Assembly (NCBI GenBank): GCA_031365825.1
Contig: JANLYV010000162.1
Span: forward strand, 1 to 55,023
Origin: Rubrivivax sp.
GTDB taxonomy: Bacteria > Pseudomonadota > Gammaproteobacteria > Burkholderiales > Burkholderiaceae_C
Reading direction: 5' to 3'
Length of the DNA stretch: 55,023 nucleotides
In this document: one piece after another, positions 18,774 to 28,759 of the stretch
How the letters are laid out: the number at the start of each line of letters is the position of its first letter
Numbering within the stretch: position 1 is the stretch's first letter
Program-made: the position numbers and the translations under genes
Notes under the pieces: generated by a model
Database searches by the model: none
What the model was told of the DNA's origin: nothing
Seen by the model: only the letters and a program-made list of their open reading frames with translations

Positions 18774-19928
18774 ATGTTCGTCTTTCGCCTGCTGCTGAAA
18801 AACGCCTTCCGCCACAAGCTGCGCACGCTCTTGACGATGGTCGGGCTGGTCGTGGCCGTGTGCGCCTTCGGGCTGCTGCGCACCATCAATGACGCCTGGT
18901 ATGCCGGCGCCAACGCCAGCTCCAGCACACGCCTCATCACGCGCAGCGCGACCTCGCTCACCGTCGCGCTGCCGCTGGCCTACGCCGAGCGGCTGCGCGC
19001 CGTCGACGGCGTGACGGCGGTGTCGTGGTCGAACTGGTTCGGCGGCATCTACATCGAGCCGCGCAACTTCTTCCCGCAGTTCGCGGTCGACGTCAACAGC
19101 TACCTCGCGCTGTACCCTGAATACGTCATCAACGACAACGACCGCCTGGCCTGGCTGCGCGACCGCCAAGGCGCGCTCGTCGGCCGCAAGCTGGCCGACA
19201 AATGGGGCTGGAAGATCGGTGACCAGATCCCCATCCGCGGCACCATCTACCCTGGCACCTGGAGCTTCACGCTGCGCGCCATCTGGGACGGCGCCGACGC
19301 GACGGTCGACGAGGGTCAGCTGCTCTTCCACTGGGCCTACCTCAACGAATTCGTGCGCGCCCGCGGCGCCCGCGCCAACCAGGTGGGCGTGTACGTGCTG
19401 GGCATCAACGAACCGAACAATGCCGCGCTGATCTCGCAGCGTGTCGACGCGCAATTCAAGAACTCGCTGGCCGAGACGCTGACCGAAACCGAGAAGGCCT
19501 TCCAGCTCGGCTTCGTGGCCATGAGCGAAGCCATCCTGCTGGCGCTGCAGGCGGTGAGCTTCATCATCATCGTCATCATCATGGCGGTGATGGCCAACAC
19601 CATGGCCATGACGGCGCGCGAGCGGCTGGCCGAATACGCCACGCTCAAGGCACTGGGTTTCCCGCCCGGCTTTGTGGTGCGTCTGCTCTTCGGCGAAAGC
19701 CTCTTCATCGCCTTCATCGGCGGCGTTGCCGGGCTGCTCCTGACCTGGCCGCTGGCGGCAGGTTTTCGCTCGCTCACCGGCGCGCTCTTTCCGGTGTTCA
19801 AGGTCTCGGCCGAGACGATGGGCTTGCAGCTGCTGGCCTGCCTCGTTGTCGGTGTCGTCGCCGCCGCCTGGCCGGCGTGGAAGATGAGCCGCATCGACAT
19901 CGTCGCCGGCTTGAGGCATGTTGCGTGA
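18774..19928 (+). CDS. ABC permease, FtsX/MacB-like
   Basis: KNAFRHKLRTLLT, periplasmic domain, ANTMAMTARER..EYATLKALGF. Confidence 0.9.
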   Translation: MFVFRLLLKNAFRHKLRTLLTMVGLVVAVCAFGLLRTINDAWYAGANASSSTRLITRSATSLTVALPLAYAERLRAVDGVTAVSWSNWFGGIYIEPRNFFPQFAVDVNSYLALYPEYVINDNDRLAWLRDRQGALVGRKLADKWGWKIGDQIPIRGTIYPGTWSFTLRAIWDGADATVDEGQLLFHWAYLNEFVRARGARANQVGVYVLGINEPNNAALISQRVDAQFKNSLAETLTETEKAFQLGFVAMSEAILLALQAVSFIIIVIIMAVMANTMAMTARERLAEYATLKALGFPPGFVVRLLFGESLFIAFIGGVAGLLLTWPLAAGFRSLTGALFPVFKVSAETMGLQLLACLVVGVVAAAWPAWKMSRIDIVAGLRHVA

Positions 19929-19938
19929 TGAACGCCTG

Positions 19939-21108
19939 ATGAACGCAGTTCCGTTCAGCTACGTGGCACGTAACTTGTGGGTTAGGCGCGTGACGACGCT
20001 GCTCACTGCCGCCGGCATGGCGCTGGTGGTCTACGTTTTCGCCACTGTCTTGATGATGAGCGAAGGCATACGCGCCACGCTCGTCGCCACCGGCCAGGAC
20101 GACAACCTCATCGTGTTGCGCAAAGGCGCGGGTGCCGAGATCAACAGCGGCATTGCGCGCGCGCAGGCCGCCATCCTGGAAACGCTGCCCGGCATCGCGC
20201 GAGACGGCCTGGGCCGCGCGCTGGTGAGCAAGGAGCCGGTGATCCTGAACAACCTGCCCAAGCGCAGCAACGGCAAGCCGAGCAATGTGACGATGCGCGG
20301 CAGCGGCGACATCGGCCTGGCGCTGCGCCCGCAGCTGCGCTTGAGCGAAGGCCGCATGTTCCGCACCGGCAGCAGTGAAATCATCGCCGGCCGCGCCATC
20401 GCCAGCGGCTTCCAGGGCGTGGAGATCGGCAGCACGCTGCGCTTTGCCGGGCGCGACTGGAACGTGGTCGGTATCTTCGACGCCGGCCGCAGCGGATTTG
20501 ATTCCGAGATCTGGGCCGATGCCGAGCAGCTGATGCAGGCCTTTCGCCGCCAGTCGTATTCGAGCGTGGTGATGAAGCTCGCCGACGAGTCGCTGTTCGA
20601 GCGCGTACGCGAGCAGATCGACACCGACCCGCGCCTCACGCTCGACGCCAAGCGTGAAGTGCGTTTCTACGCCGAACAAAGCGAAGCGCTGGCGACCTTC
20701 ATCAGCATCCTGGGCACCTCGCTCTCGGTGATCTTTTCCATCGGCGCGGTGGTCGGCGCGATGATCACGATGTTCGGCTCGGTTGCCTCGCGCACCGGCG
20801 AGATCGGCACGCTGCGCGCGCTCGGATTTCGCCGCGGCGCGGTCTTGATCGCCTTCCTGAGTGAGGCGCTGCTGCTGTCGCTGGTGGGCGGCGCGGTGGG
20901 CTTGCTGGCGGCGAGCTTGATGCAGGCGGTGGACATCTCCACCACCAATTTCGCCACCTTCTCCGAACTCGCCTTCCAGTTCAAGTTCACGCCGGCGATT
21001 GCGCTCAAGGCGCTGCTGTTTGCGCTGGCGATGGGCGCGGTGGGCGGTTTCATCCCGGCCTGGCGCGCGGCACGGCTGAAGATCGTCGACTGCCTGCGCG
21101 CGGCATGA
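19939..21108 (+). CDS. ABC permease, FtsX/MacB-like (second)
   Basis: RNLWVRRVTTLLT, GRMF..G..E, MITMFGSVASRTGEIGTLRALGF, GGFIPAWRAARL. Confidence 0.9.
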   Translation: MNAVPFSYVARNLWVRRVTTLLTAAGMALVVYVFATVLMMSEGIRATLVATGQDDNLIVLRKGAGAEINSGIARAQAAILETLPGIARDGLGRALVSKEPVILNNLPKRSNGKPSNVTMRGSGDIGLALRPQLRLSEGRMFRTGSSEIIAGRAIASGFQGVEIGSTLRFAGRDWNVVGIFDAGRSGFDSEIWADAEQLMQAFRRQSYSSVVMKLADESLFERVREQIDTDPRLTLDAKREVRFYAEQSEALATFISILGTSLSVIFSIGAVVGAMITMFGSVASRTGEIGTLRALGFRRGAVLIAFLSEALLLSLVGGAVGLLAASLMQAVDISTTNFATFSELAFQFKFTPAIALKALLFALAMGAVGGFIPAWRAARLKIVDCLRAA

Positions 21109-22322
21109 TTCCGCCGGGCCACGGCTTTGCACGCGTGCTTGCGGCCGAGGGCGCGTCGAACTTCGGCACGATGCTCTCAAGGCTGGCCATCCCCTGGCTC
21201 GCCACCCTCGTCTTGAACGCCAGCGCCTGGCAGATGGCGCTGCTCTTGGTGGCCGACGTGGTGGCCGGCGCGCTGGCTTCGTTGCTGCTCGGCGCGATGG
21301 TCGACCGTCGCGGCAAACGCGGCGTGATGCTTGCGGCCGACGTGATGCGGGCGGCGTTGTTGGGGTTGGTGGCCCGGGCGGCGGCAACACAGTCGCTGAC
21401 CATGACGGCGCTGCTGCTGGCCAGTGCTGCCGGCGCCTTGTTCACCGTCGCCTTCGAGCTGGCGCGTTCGGCCTGGATGGCGCAACAACTGGTGAGTGAA
21501 CAACTGACCCGCAGCAACGCCAGGCTGGCGATGGTCGGCAGCCTGTCCGAGACGGCGGCCTTCGCGCTCGGCGGCTGGTTCTACCAATGGTGGGGTGCGG
21601 TGGTGGCGCTGCTCATCGATGCCGGGAGCTATGTGCTGTCGGCGCTGTGCCTGCGTGGCATCCACGAGCCGCCGCGGCACGAGCCATCGACGTCAGCCGC
21701 CACACCATGGCAGGGCTGGTGGCACGACGCGCGGGACGGCGTCGCGGCGCTGCTCACCAACCCGACGCTGCGCCGCCTGGCCCAACTCGAAGCGGTGACG
21801 GCGCTGGCACGCAGCGTCTCCGGAACCAGCTACATGATCTTCGTCGCGCGCGACATCGCGCTGCCCACCGGCACGCAGGGCGTGGTCTTCGCCATGGGCG
21901 GCCTGGGTGCGATCGTCGGTGCCGCCTGGGCGCCGCGGCTGGGGCTGCGCCTGGGTGCAGCGCGCACGATGGCGCTGGGCCTGGCACTGGCCTGCGTCGG
22001 CGCGGTTTGTGTGGCCGTGGTGCCGAATGCCGGCTGGCTGGGCATAGCCCTGCTCGTGGCGCAGCAGGTGATCGGCGATGCCGGCCATGTCATGCACCAG
22101 GTGCACGACCGCAGCCTGCGTCAGACGGCGGTGGGGTTTGAGTGGCTGGCGCGTGTGGACGGCGGCATCCGCAGCGTCGGCCAGCTGGCGACGCTGGCCG
22201 GCGCCATGCTCGGCGGCGCAATGGCCACGGCCGCCGGTGCGCGCTCGGCGTTGGTGCTCTACGCTTGCCTGTTAGCCGTGGCCGCGCTCATGGCACTGCG
22301 CGTCAATTCACTTCGGCGCTGA
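21105..22322 (+). CDS. MFS transporter
   Basis: About 12 TM; motif A GAMVDRRGKRGVM; ATGA overlap with the upstream permease. Confidence 0.85.
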   Translation: MIPPGHGFARVLAAEGASNFGTMLSRLAIPWLATLVLNASAWQMALLLVADVVAGALASLLLGAMVDRRGKRGVMLAADVMRAALLGLVARAAATQSLTMTALLLASAAGALFTVAFELARSAWMAQQLVSEQLTRSNARLAMVGSLSETAAFALGGWFYQWWGAVVALLIDAGSYVLSALCLRGIHEPPRHEPSTSAATPWQGWWHDARDGVAALLTNPTLRRLAQLEAVTALARSVSGTSYMIFVARDIALPTGTQGVVFAMGGLGAIVGAAWAPRLGLRLGAARTMALGLALACVGAVCVAVVPNAGWLGIALLVAQQVIGDAGHVMHQVHDRSLRQTAVGFEWLARVDGGIRSVGQLATLAGAMLGGAMATAAGARSALVLYACLLAVAALMALRVNSLRR

Positions 22323-22748
22323 AGCTGCCGGCGGGGTCGGTGGCAGCGTCGCCGGTGTCGTCGGCGTGGGCACGGCCACACCCGGCATGAGCGAGATCTC
22401 TTCGGCCAGCGTCACCTTCGAGACGAAGTAGCGCGTGTCACCGAAGCACGACGTGGGCAGGCCGACCTTCTCTTCGTAGTGCAGCGTGGCGCGCCGGCCC
22501 ATGACCTTGGTCACCTGCGCCGCGACTTCGTCGTCGATGATGGTGAAGAGGAACTTCTCGGGCGCGGCGCCGGGCATCGAGACCATCGCCAGCTCGCCTT
22601 CCCAGGTCTTGCAGACCCAGCCCTTGTTCGACAGCTTCTGCACCCAGCCGGCGCGTTCGCCCGACGAGAAGCTCCATTGCAGCGCGGCCCAGAAATAGGC
22701 AGCGGCCAAGGCGGCGAGCAGCACGAGGGCGATGAGGAAGCGTGTCAT
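22308..22748 (-). CDS. Conserved hypothetical single-TM protein
   Basis: TM helix, then SSGERAGWVQKLSNKGWVCKTWEGEL and CFGDTRYFV; Pro/Thr tail; GGAG-like purine tract absent, start at ATG 22748. Confidence 0.7.
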   Translation of the reverse strand: MTRFLIALVLLAALAAAYFWAALQWSFSSGERAGWVQKLSNKGWVCKTWEGELAMVSMPGAAPEKFLFTIIDDEVAAQVTKVMGRRATLHYEEKVGLPTSCFGDTRYFVSKVTLAEEISLMPGVAVPTPTTPATLPPTPPAASAPK

Positions 22749-22782
22749 TCGGAGGTGCTGCGCAGGGAGGGAAGGGGCCGGA

Positions 22783-23721
22783 TTATCGGCCGCTGTACAC
22801 CAGCTCGGCCGCAGCCAGATCTTCCAGCGCGTGGCCCACCGACTTGAACACGGTGATCTCGGCGGCATCACGCCGCCCCGGGTGCTGGCCGCGGCACAGC
22901 TGGGCCAGCGTGGCTTGCAGCTGATGCGAACTGAAAGCGCCTTCACTGACGGCCTGCAGCAGGTCACCGGCCTTGAGCATCGCGTCGTCGCCGTCGACGA
23001 AGACCCGGCCGCGGGTGAAGCAAGCGCCGTCGCTTTCACGCATCTGCGGTGTGAAAGCGCCGATGAGGTCGAGGTGCGTGCCCGGCTCCAGCCAGGCGCC
23101 TTGCACCAGCGGCGTGGTGGCCAGCGTGGCGCAGCTCACGATGTGTGCCGCGCGCACGCCGGCGGCCAGCTCGGTGCACACATGCGCGTCCAGGCCGGCG
23201 CTGCGCCACTGCGCGGCGAGGGCCTGCGCCGCCTCCACGCGGCGCGCCCACACGTCGAAGCGCTCAAGCCGCGGCATGGCCGCGCGCATGGCCCAGGGCA
23301 GCTCGGCTGCCACGCGCCCGGCGCCGACCACGAGCAGCCGCTGCGCGTCAGACCGCGCCAGCATCGAAGCCGCCAGCGCCGAGGCTGCCACCGTGCGCCG
23401 CGTGGTCAGGGCCATGCCGTCCATCTGCGCCAGCGGCACGCCGGTGTCGGCGTCGAAGAGGGTGTAGACCGCGTGCAGCGCAGGCAGCTTACGTTGCGTG
23501 TTAGCCGGGAAGACGTTCACCGCCTTCAGGCCGATGAAGTGGCCGGCGCGCCAGGCCGGCATCAAGAGCATGGTGCCGGCGGGTGAGCCGTCGGCGGCGG
23601 CGATGGCGTGCACGTGCCGCGGCGGTGTCTCGCAGCCGCTGATGAACAGCTTGCGCAGCGCCGCCACCAGCGCCGGGTACGGCAGCGCTGCGGCCGTGGC
23701 GTCGGCGTCGAAGTGCTGCAT
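22783..23721 (-). CDS. Ornithine cyclodeaminase / mu-crystallin family imine reductase
   Basis: LLMPAW, K.VNVFP.N, LTTRRT.AAS, GAGRVA, HLDLIGAF, FKSVGHALEDL. Confidence 0.9.
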   Translation of the reverse strand: MQHFDADATAAALPYPALVAALRKLFISGCETPPRHVHAIAAADGSPAGTMLLMPAWRAGHFIGLKAVNVFPANTQRKLPALHAVYTLFDADTGVPLAQMDGMALTTRRTVAASALAASMLARSDAQRLLVVGAGRVAAELPWAMRAAMPRLERFDVWARRVEAAQALAAQWRSAGLDAHVCTELAAGVRAAHIVSCATLATTPLVQGAWLEPGTHLDLIGAFTPQMRESDGACFTRGRVFVDGDDAMLKAGDLLQAVSEGAFSSHQLQATLAQLCRGQHPGRRDAAEITVFKSVGHALEDLAAAELVYSGR

Positions 23722-24215
23722 CAGCGCGCAGCGCTGGCGTCATCCGCGGCCGGCTCGCGGCAGCGGAACATGCCCCAGCCCAACATCGTCATCACCACCG
23801 CATCGTGCTGGTTCATCACCGTCCAGCTGCCGTGCACCAGGCCCGCGCCGGGACGGCTGGCCATAAGCCGCGCGGCCAGCACCTCGTAGCGCACGCGCAG
23901 CACGTCGCCGGGGAACACGGGTGCCAGCCAACGCAGCTGCTCGACGCCGGGCGAGCCCAGGCTCGCAGCGTCGAGCAAAAAGCCGTCGCACATCATGCGC
24001 ATGGCCATGGCCGCGGTGTGCCAGCCGCTGGCGCACAGGCCGCCGAAGAGCGAAGACCTGGCGGCTTCTTCGTCGACGTGAAAGGGTTGCGGGTCGAACT
24101 GCGTGGCGAAAGCCAGGATGGTTTCCCGCGTCACGGCGGTGGCGCCGAATTCGAGGCGCCGGCCGACATGCAGGTCTTCCCAATACCAGCGGGGCGTGCG
24201 GGTTGCAGCGGTCAC
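23721..24215 (-). CDS. MaoC family dehydratase
   Basis: YWEDL, FDPQPFHVDEEAA, ASGWHT, LRW..PV.PGD; GTG start at 24215 uncertain. Confidence 0.88.
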   Translation of the reverse strand: MTAATRTPRWYWEDLHVGRRLEFGATAVTRETILAFATQFDPQPFHVDEEAARSSLFGGLCASGWHTAAMAMRMMCDGFLLDAASLGSPGVEQLRWLAPVFPGDVLRVRYEVLAARLMASRPGAGLVHGSWTVMNQHDAVVMTMLGWGMFRCREPAADDASAAR

Positions 24216-24303
24216 GATGCGGCGCGGTGGGCCAAAGAGCGGCAAGCATAGCAACCCCACTTCGCGGCCAGAATCACGCCTCGCTCACTGCCCCCATACG
24301 ACC

Positions 24304-24882
24304 ATGACCGCACTCGTGCTCGGCCTGATCCTCTTCCTCGGCGTGCATTCGATGCGCATCATCGGTGACGCGCAGCGCATGGCGCTGATGCAGCGACTCG
24401 GCGCCAACGGCTACAAGGGCGTGTACGCGCTGACGGCCGGCATCGGCCTGGCGCTGATCCTCTGGGGCTACAGCGTGGCGCGCCTCAACCCCGTCGCGCT
24501 GTGGACGCCGATGTTGTGGGCACGCCATCTCGCGCCGCCCTTGACGCTGCTCGCCTTCATCCTGCTGGCGGCGGCCTACGTGCCGCGCAACCACTTCAAG
24601 GCGCGGCTGCACCACCCGATGGTGCTGGGCGTGAAGCTCTGGGCCCTGGCGCACCTGCTGGCGAACCACACACTGGCCGACCTGCTGCTCTTCGGCGGTT
24701 TCCTGCTCTGGGCGGGCTTTAGTTTTCGCGCGGCACGTGGGCGTGACCGCGCGGCCGGCGCCACGTACGCGCGCGGCACAACGGCGATGACCGCGCTCAC
24801 CCTCGTCATCGGCGTTAGCGCCTGGGCCGCCTTCGCGCTGTGGCTGCACCGCGCCTGGCTCGGCGTGGCACCCGGATGGTGA
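24304..24882 (+). CDS. NnrU family membrane protein
   Basis: LFLGVHS, HHPMVLGVKLWALAHLLAN, LFGGFL.W. Confidence 0.85.
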   Translation: MTALVLGLILFLGVHSMRIIGDAQRMALMQRLGANGYKGVYALTAGIGLALILWGYSVARLNPVALWTPMLWARHLAPPLTLLAFILLAAAYVPRNHFKARLHHPMVLGVKLWALAHLLANHTLADLLLFGGFLLWAGFSFRAARGRDRAAGATYARGTTAMTALTLVIGVSAWAAFALWLHRAWLGVAPGW

Positions 24883-24965
24883 ATGAGGCCTTGGCCGACG
24901 CACAATCCAGCCCGCTTCGAAACGAACCATCGCGCCAGACCACTTCGCTCCCAGGAGACCGCACC

Positions 24966-26135
24966 ATGACCACCCGAAGGCTTCATCTGCTGGCGCTGGC
25001 CGCGTTGGCAGCACTGGCGGCATCCAGCGCCGCACTGGCCCAATCCGACACCGTGAAGATCGGCGTCATCCTGCCGATGACCGGGCAGTCGGCCTCGACC
25101 GGCAAGCAGATCGATGCCGCCATCAAGCTGTGGCTGGCGCAGAACGGCACGCGAGCCGGCGGCAGACGAGTCGAGGTGATCATCAAGGACGATGCCGGTG
25201 TGGCCGACACCACGCGCCGCCTGGCACAGGAGCTGGTGGTCAACGACAAGGTCGTGGCACTGGCCGGCTTTGGCCTCACGCCGCTGGCCCTGGCCACCGC
25301 GCCCATCGCCACGCAGAGCAAGACGCCGATGGTGGTGATGGCCGCCGGCACCTCGATGATCACCGAGTCCAGCCCGTACATCGTGCGCACCAGCTTCACG
25401 CTGCCGCAGGCCGCGGTGGGCATGGGCGAGTGGGCGCCCAAGAACGGCATCAAGAAGGTGGTCACTCTGGTGTCGGACTTCGGCCCGGGCAACGATGCCG
25501 AGAAGTTCTTCGTCGACCGCTTCCTGCTCAATGGCGGCACCGTGCTCGAGAAGCTGCGCACGCCGCTGCGCAGCCCCGACTTCGCGCCCGTCCTGCAGAA
25601 GGTGCGCGATGCCAAGCCCGATGCCTTGTACGTCTTCCTGCCCTCGGGCCAGGGCGCGCAGTTCATGAAGCAGTTCGGCGAGCGCGGGCTGGACAAGGCG
25701 GGCATCCGTTTGATCGGCACCGGCGACATCACCGACGACGACCAGTTGAACGACATGGGCGACGTGGCGCTCGGCGTGGTCACCACCCAGCACTACTCGG
25801 CCGCGCATCCGAGCGCGGCGAACAAGAAGTTCGTCGACGCCTTCCAGGCTGCCAACAAGTTCCGCCCCAACTTTATGGCGGTGGGCGGCTTCGATGGCAT
25901 GCGCGTGATCTACAACGCGCTGAATGCCACCAAGGGCGCCGGCGGCGATGCGCTGCTGGCGGCGATGAAGGGCCAGATCTTCGAGAGCCCGCGCGGCCCG
26001 GTGCTGATCGACGCGCAGACGCGCGACATCGTGCAGGACATCTACACGCGCAAGGTGGAGAAGCGGGACGGCCAGCTCTGGAACATCGAGTTCGACGTGC
26101 AGAAATCGGTGAAGGACCCCGGCAAGCTGAAGTGA
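24966..26135 (+). CDS. Liv-type (PBP1) ABC substrate-binding protein
   Basis: Signal peptide, VKIGVILPMTG, IIKDD, FESPRG; AGGAG SD. Confidence 0.9.
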   Translation: MTTRRLHLLALAALAALAASSAALAQSDTVKIGVILPMTGQSASTGKQIDAAIKLWLAQNGTRAGGRRVEVIIKDDAGVADTTRRLAQELVVNDKVVALAGFGLTPLALATAPIATQSKTPMVVMAAGTSMITESSPYIVRTSFTLPQAAVGMGEWAPKNGIKKVVTLVSDFGPGNDAEKFFVDRFLLNGGTVLEKLRTPLRSPDFAPVLQKVRDAKPDALYVFLPSGQGAQFMKQFGERGLDKAGIRLIGTGDITDDDQLNDMGDVALGVVTTQHYSAAHPSAANKKFVDAFQAANKFRPNFMAVGGFDGMRVIYNALNATKGAGGDALLAAMKGQIFESPRGPVLIDAQTRDIVQDIYTRKVEKRDGQLWNIEFDVQKSVKDPGKLK

Positions 26136-26160
26136 CTTTGAGCTGACGCTGGCCCGGTCG

Positions 26161-27033
26161 ATGCTGACGCTGCTCTTCGACGGCATCGCCTACGGCATGC
26201 TGCTGTTCGTGCTGGCCCTCGGGCTGGCGGTGACCATGGGGTTGATGAACTTCATCAACCTGGCGCATGGCGCGTTTGCGATGGCCGGCGGCTACATCCT
26301 GGTGCTGCTGATGCAACGCGCCGGCTGGCCCTTCCTGGCCTGCCTGCCGGCCGCCTTCGTGCTCACCGCGCTGCTCGGCGCCGTGCTCGAGCGCCTGGTC
26401 TACCGCCCGATGTACGGCAAGCCGCACCTCGACCAGGTGCTGTTCTCGATCGGCCTGACCTTCATGGCCATGGCCGCGGTGGACTACACCATGGGCAGCT
26501 CGCAGCAGAACGTGCAGCTGCACGAGTGGCTGCGCCAGCGCTTCGAGTTCGGCACCGAGCCGTGGATGTTGGGCATGGGCGCGTACCGCCTCTTCATCAT
26601 CGTCTGCTGCGTCGCGCTGGCGTTGGGGCTGCAAGCGATCTTGAGTGGCACGCGCTTCGGCAGCCGGCTGCGCGCCGCGGTGGACGACCCGCGAGTGGCT
26701 GCCGGCCTGGGCATCCCGGTCGACCGCGTGTTCCTGCTCACCTTCGCTGTGGGCTCGGGCCTGGCCGGCCTGGGCGGCGCGCTCGGCGCCGACATCCTCG
26801 GTGTGGAGCCGAGCTTTCCGCTGAAGTTCATGGTGTACTTTTTGATCGTCTGCGCGGTCGGCGGCACGAGCTCGATCACCGGCCCGCTGGTGGCGGCCTT
26901 GGTGCTGGGCGTGGCCGATGTGACGGGCAAGTACTACCTGCCCAAGCTCGGCGCCTTCATCGTCTACGTGCTGATGATCGCCATCCTGTTGTGGCGGCCG
27001 CAGGGCCTGTTCACGCGCGAGGCCAAGCACTGA
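26161..27033 (+). CDS. LivH-like ABC permease
   Basis: GLAVTMGLMNFINLAHG, TRFGSRLRA, VGG..SI.G. Confidence 0.9.
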   Translation: MLTLLFDGIAYGMLLFVLALGLAVTMGLMNFINLAHGAFAMAGGYILVLLMQRAGWPFLACLPAAFVLTALLGAVLERLVYRPMYGKPHLDQVLFSIGLTFMAMAAVDYTMGSSQQNVQLHEWLRQRFEFGTEPWMLGMGAYRLFIIVCCVALALGLQAILSGTRFGSRLRAAVDDPRVAAGLGIPVDRVFLLTFAVGSGLAGLGGALGADILGVEPSFPLKFMVYFLIVCAVGGTSSITGPLVAALVLGVADVTGKYYLPKLGAFIVYVLMIAILLWRPQGLFTREAKH

Positions 27034-27998
27034 TGGGCAAGGCCGCCGAACGACTCATGCGGCCCTCGAAATGGCGCGCATGGGAGATCGCGCTGTGGCT
27101 GCTGATCTGGGCCATGCCGCTGGCCTTTGCCCAGCATGCGGCGCTGATCAACGAGATCGCCATCCTGGCGTTGTTCGCGCTCTCGCTCGACCTGATCCTG
27201 GGCTATGCCGGCATCGTCTCGCTCGGCCACGCGGCCTTTTTCGGCACCGGCGCGTATGCCGCCGCGCTCTTTGCCAAGCACGTCTTGCCCGACCCCTTGA
27301 TCGGCCTGGCCGTGGGCACGCTGTGCGCTGCATTGCTCGGCGCCTTGACCAGCCCGATGATCGTGCGCGGCACCGACCTCACGCGGCTGATGGTGACCAT
27401 GGGCGTGGCGCTGTTGCTGCTGGAACTGGCCAACAAGTTCGATGGCCTGACCGGCGGCGCTGACGGCCTGCAGGGCGTGGTGATGGGCGCGCTGCTCGGC
27501 CAGTTCGAGTTCGACCTCGGCGCGCGCGTGGCCTCGCTCTATTCGCTGGCGGTGTTGTTCACGGCCTTCGTGCTGCTGCGCCGCATCGTGCATTCGCCGC
27601 TGGGTATTTCGATGCAGGCGTTGCGCGACAACCGGCTGCGCGTCACGGCCCTGGGCATGTCGGTGCAAGGCCGGCTGGCCGCGGTGTACACGCTGGCCGC
27701 CGCGCTGGCCGGTGCCGCCGGCGCGCTGCTGGCGCAGACCACAGGCTTCGCCTCGCTCGACGTGCTGGAGTTCCACCGCAGTGCCGACGTCATGCTGGCG
27801 CTGGTCATCGGCGGTGCCGGCTGGCTCTGGGGCGGGCTCATCGGCGCCATCGCCTTCAAGGTGCTGCACGACCTGATCTCGGCCGTGACGCCGCAGTACT
27901 GGACCTTCTGGATCGGCCTCTTTCTGGTGGTGCTGATGCTGGTCGGGCGCGAACGCTTGTTCCGGCCGGCTTCGTGGTTCAAGCGGAGGGCATCGTGA
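27033..27998 (+). CDS. LivM-like ABC permease
   Basis: SLDLILGYAGIVSLGHAAFFG, TGGADG, SPLG...ALRDN. Confidence 0.9.
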   Translation: MGKAAERLMRPSKWRAWEIALWLLIWAMPLAFAQHAALINEIAILALFALSLDLILGYAGIVSLGHAAFFGTGAYAAALFAKHVLPDPLIGLAVGTLCAALLGALTSPMIVRGTDLTRLMVTMGVALLLLELANKFDGLTGGADGLQGVVMGALLGQFEFDLGARVASLYSLAVLFTAFVLLRRIVHSPLGISMQALRDNRLRVTALGMSVQGRLAAVYTLAAALAGAAGALLAQTTGFASLDVLEFHRSADVMLALVIGGAGWLWGGLIGAIAFKVLHDLISAVTPQYWTFWIGLFLVVLMLVGRERLFRPASWFKRRAS

Positions 27999-28759
27999 CC
28001 GCCGAAGTCGTGCTGCAAACCGTCGATCTGGTGAAGCGCTTCGGCGGCATCACGGCCACGCAGAATGTGTCGATGAGCCTGCGTCGCGGCGCGCGCCACG
28101 CGTTGATCGGGCCTAACGGCGCGGGCAAGACGACGCTCATCAACCTGCTCACCGGTGTGCTGCCACCCACCTCTGGACGCGTGTTATTGCGCGGCCACGA
28201 CATCACCGATCTGGCGCCGCACAAGCGTGTGGCACTGGGCCTGGTGCGCACCTTCCAGATCAACCAGCTCTTCGCCTCGCTCACGCCACTGCAGAGCCTG
28301 GCCCTGGCCGTATCGAGCCGCGCCAATGCGGCACAGCGCTGGTGGCGCAGCCTCGGCAGCGACGCCGCCATCGCCGCTGAGTGCGAAGCGCTGCTGGTGC
28401 AGTTCCGCCTGGCCGACCATGCCGATCGCCTGACGCGCGAGCTGCCCTACGGCAAACGGCGCCTGCTTGAAATTGCGCTGGCGGTGGCGATGAAGCCGAG
28501 CGTGCTGCTGCTGGACGAGCCCGCCGCCGGCGTGCCCGCGGCCGAGCGCCAGGACATCCTGGACACCGTGGCCGCGCTGCCGGCTGAGGTCTCGGTGTTG
28601 CTCATCGAGCACGACATGGACCTGGTGTTCAGCTTCGCCAAAAGCATGACCGTGCTCGTCAACGGTGCCGTGCTCACCGAAGGCAGGCCCGAGCAGATTG
28701 CGGCCGACCCGCAGGTGCGGGCGGTGTACCTGGGCCAGACCGAGGTGCAGCATGGCTGA
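27995..28759 (+). CDS. LivG-like ABC ATPase
   Basis: KRFGG, GPNGAGKTT, RTFQ, LPYG, LLDEPAAG, IEHDM, YLG; GTGA overlap. Confidence 0.9.
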   Translation: MTAEVVLQTVDLVKRFGGITATQNVSMSLRRGARHALIGPNGAGKTTLINLLTGVLPPTSGRVLLRGHDITDLAPHKRVALGLVRTFQINQLFASLTPLQSLALAVSSRANAAQRWWRSLGSDAAIAAECEALLVQFRLADHADRLTRELPYGKRRLLEIALAVAMKPSVLLLDEPAAGVPAAERQDILDTVAALPAEVSVLLIEHDMDLVFSFAKSMTVLVNGAVLTEGRPEQIAADPQVRAVYLGQTEVQHG

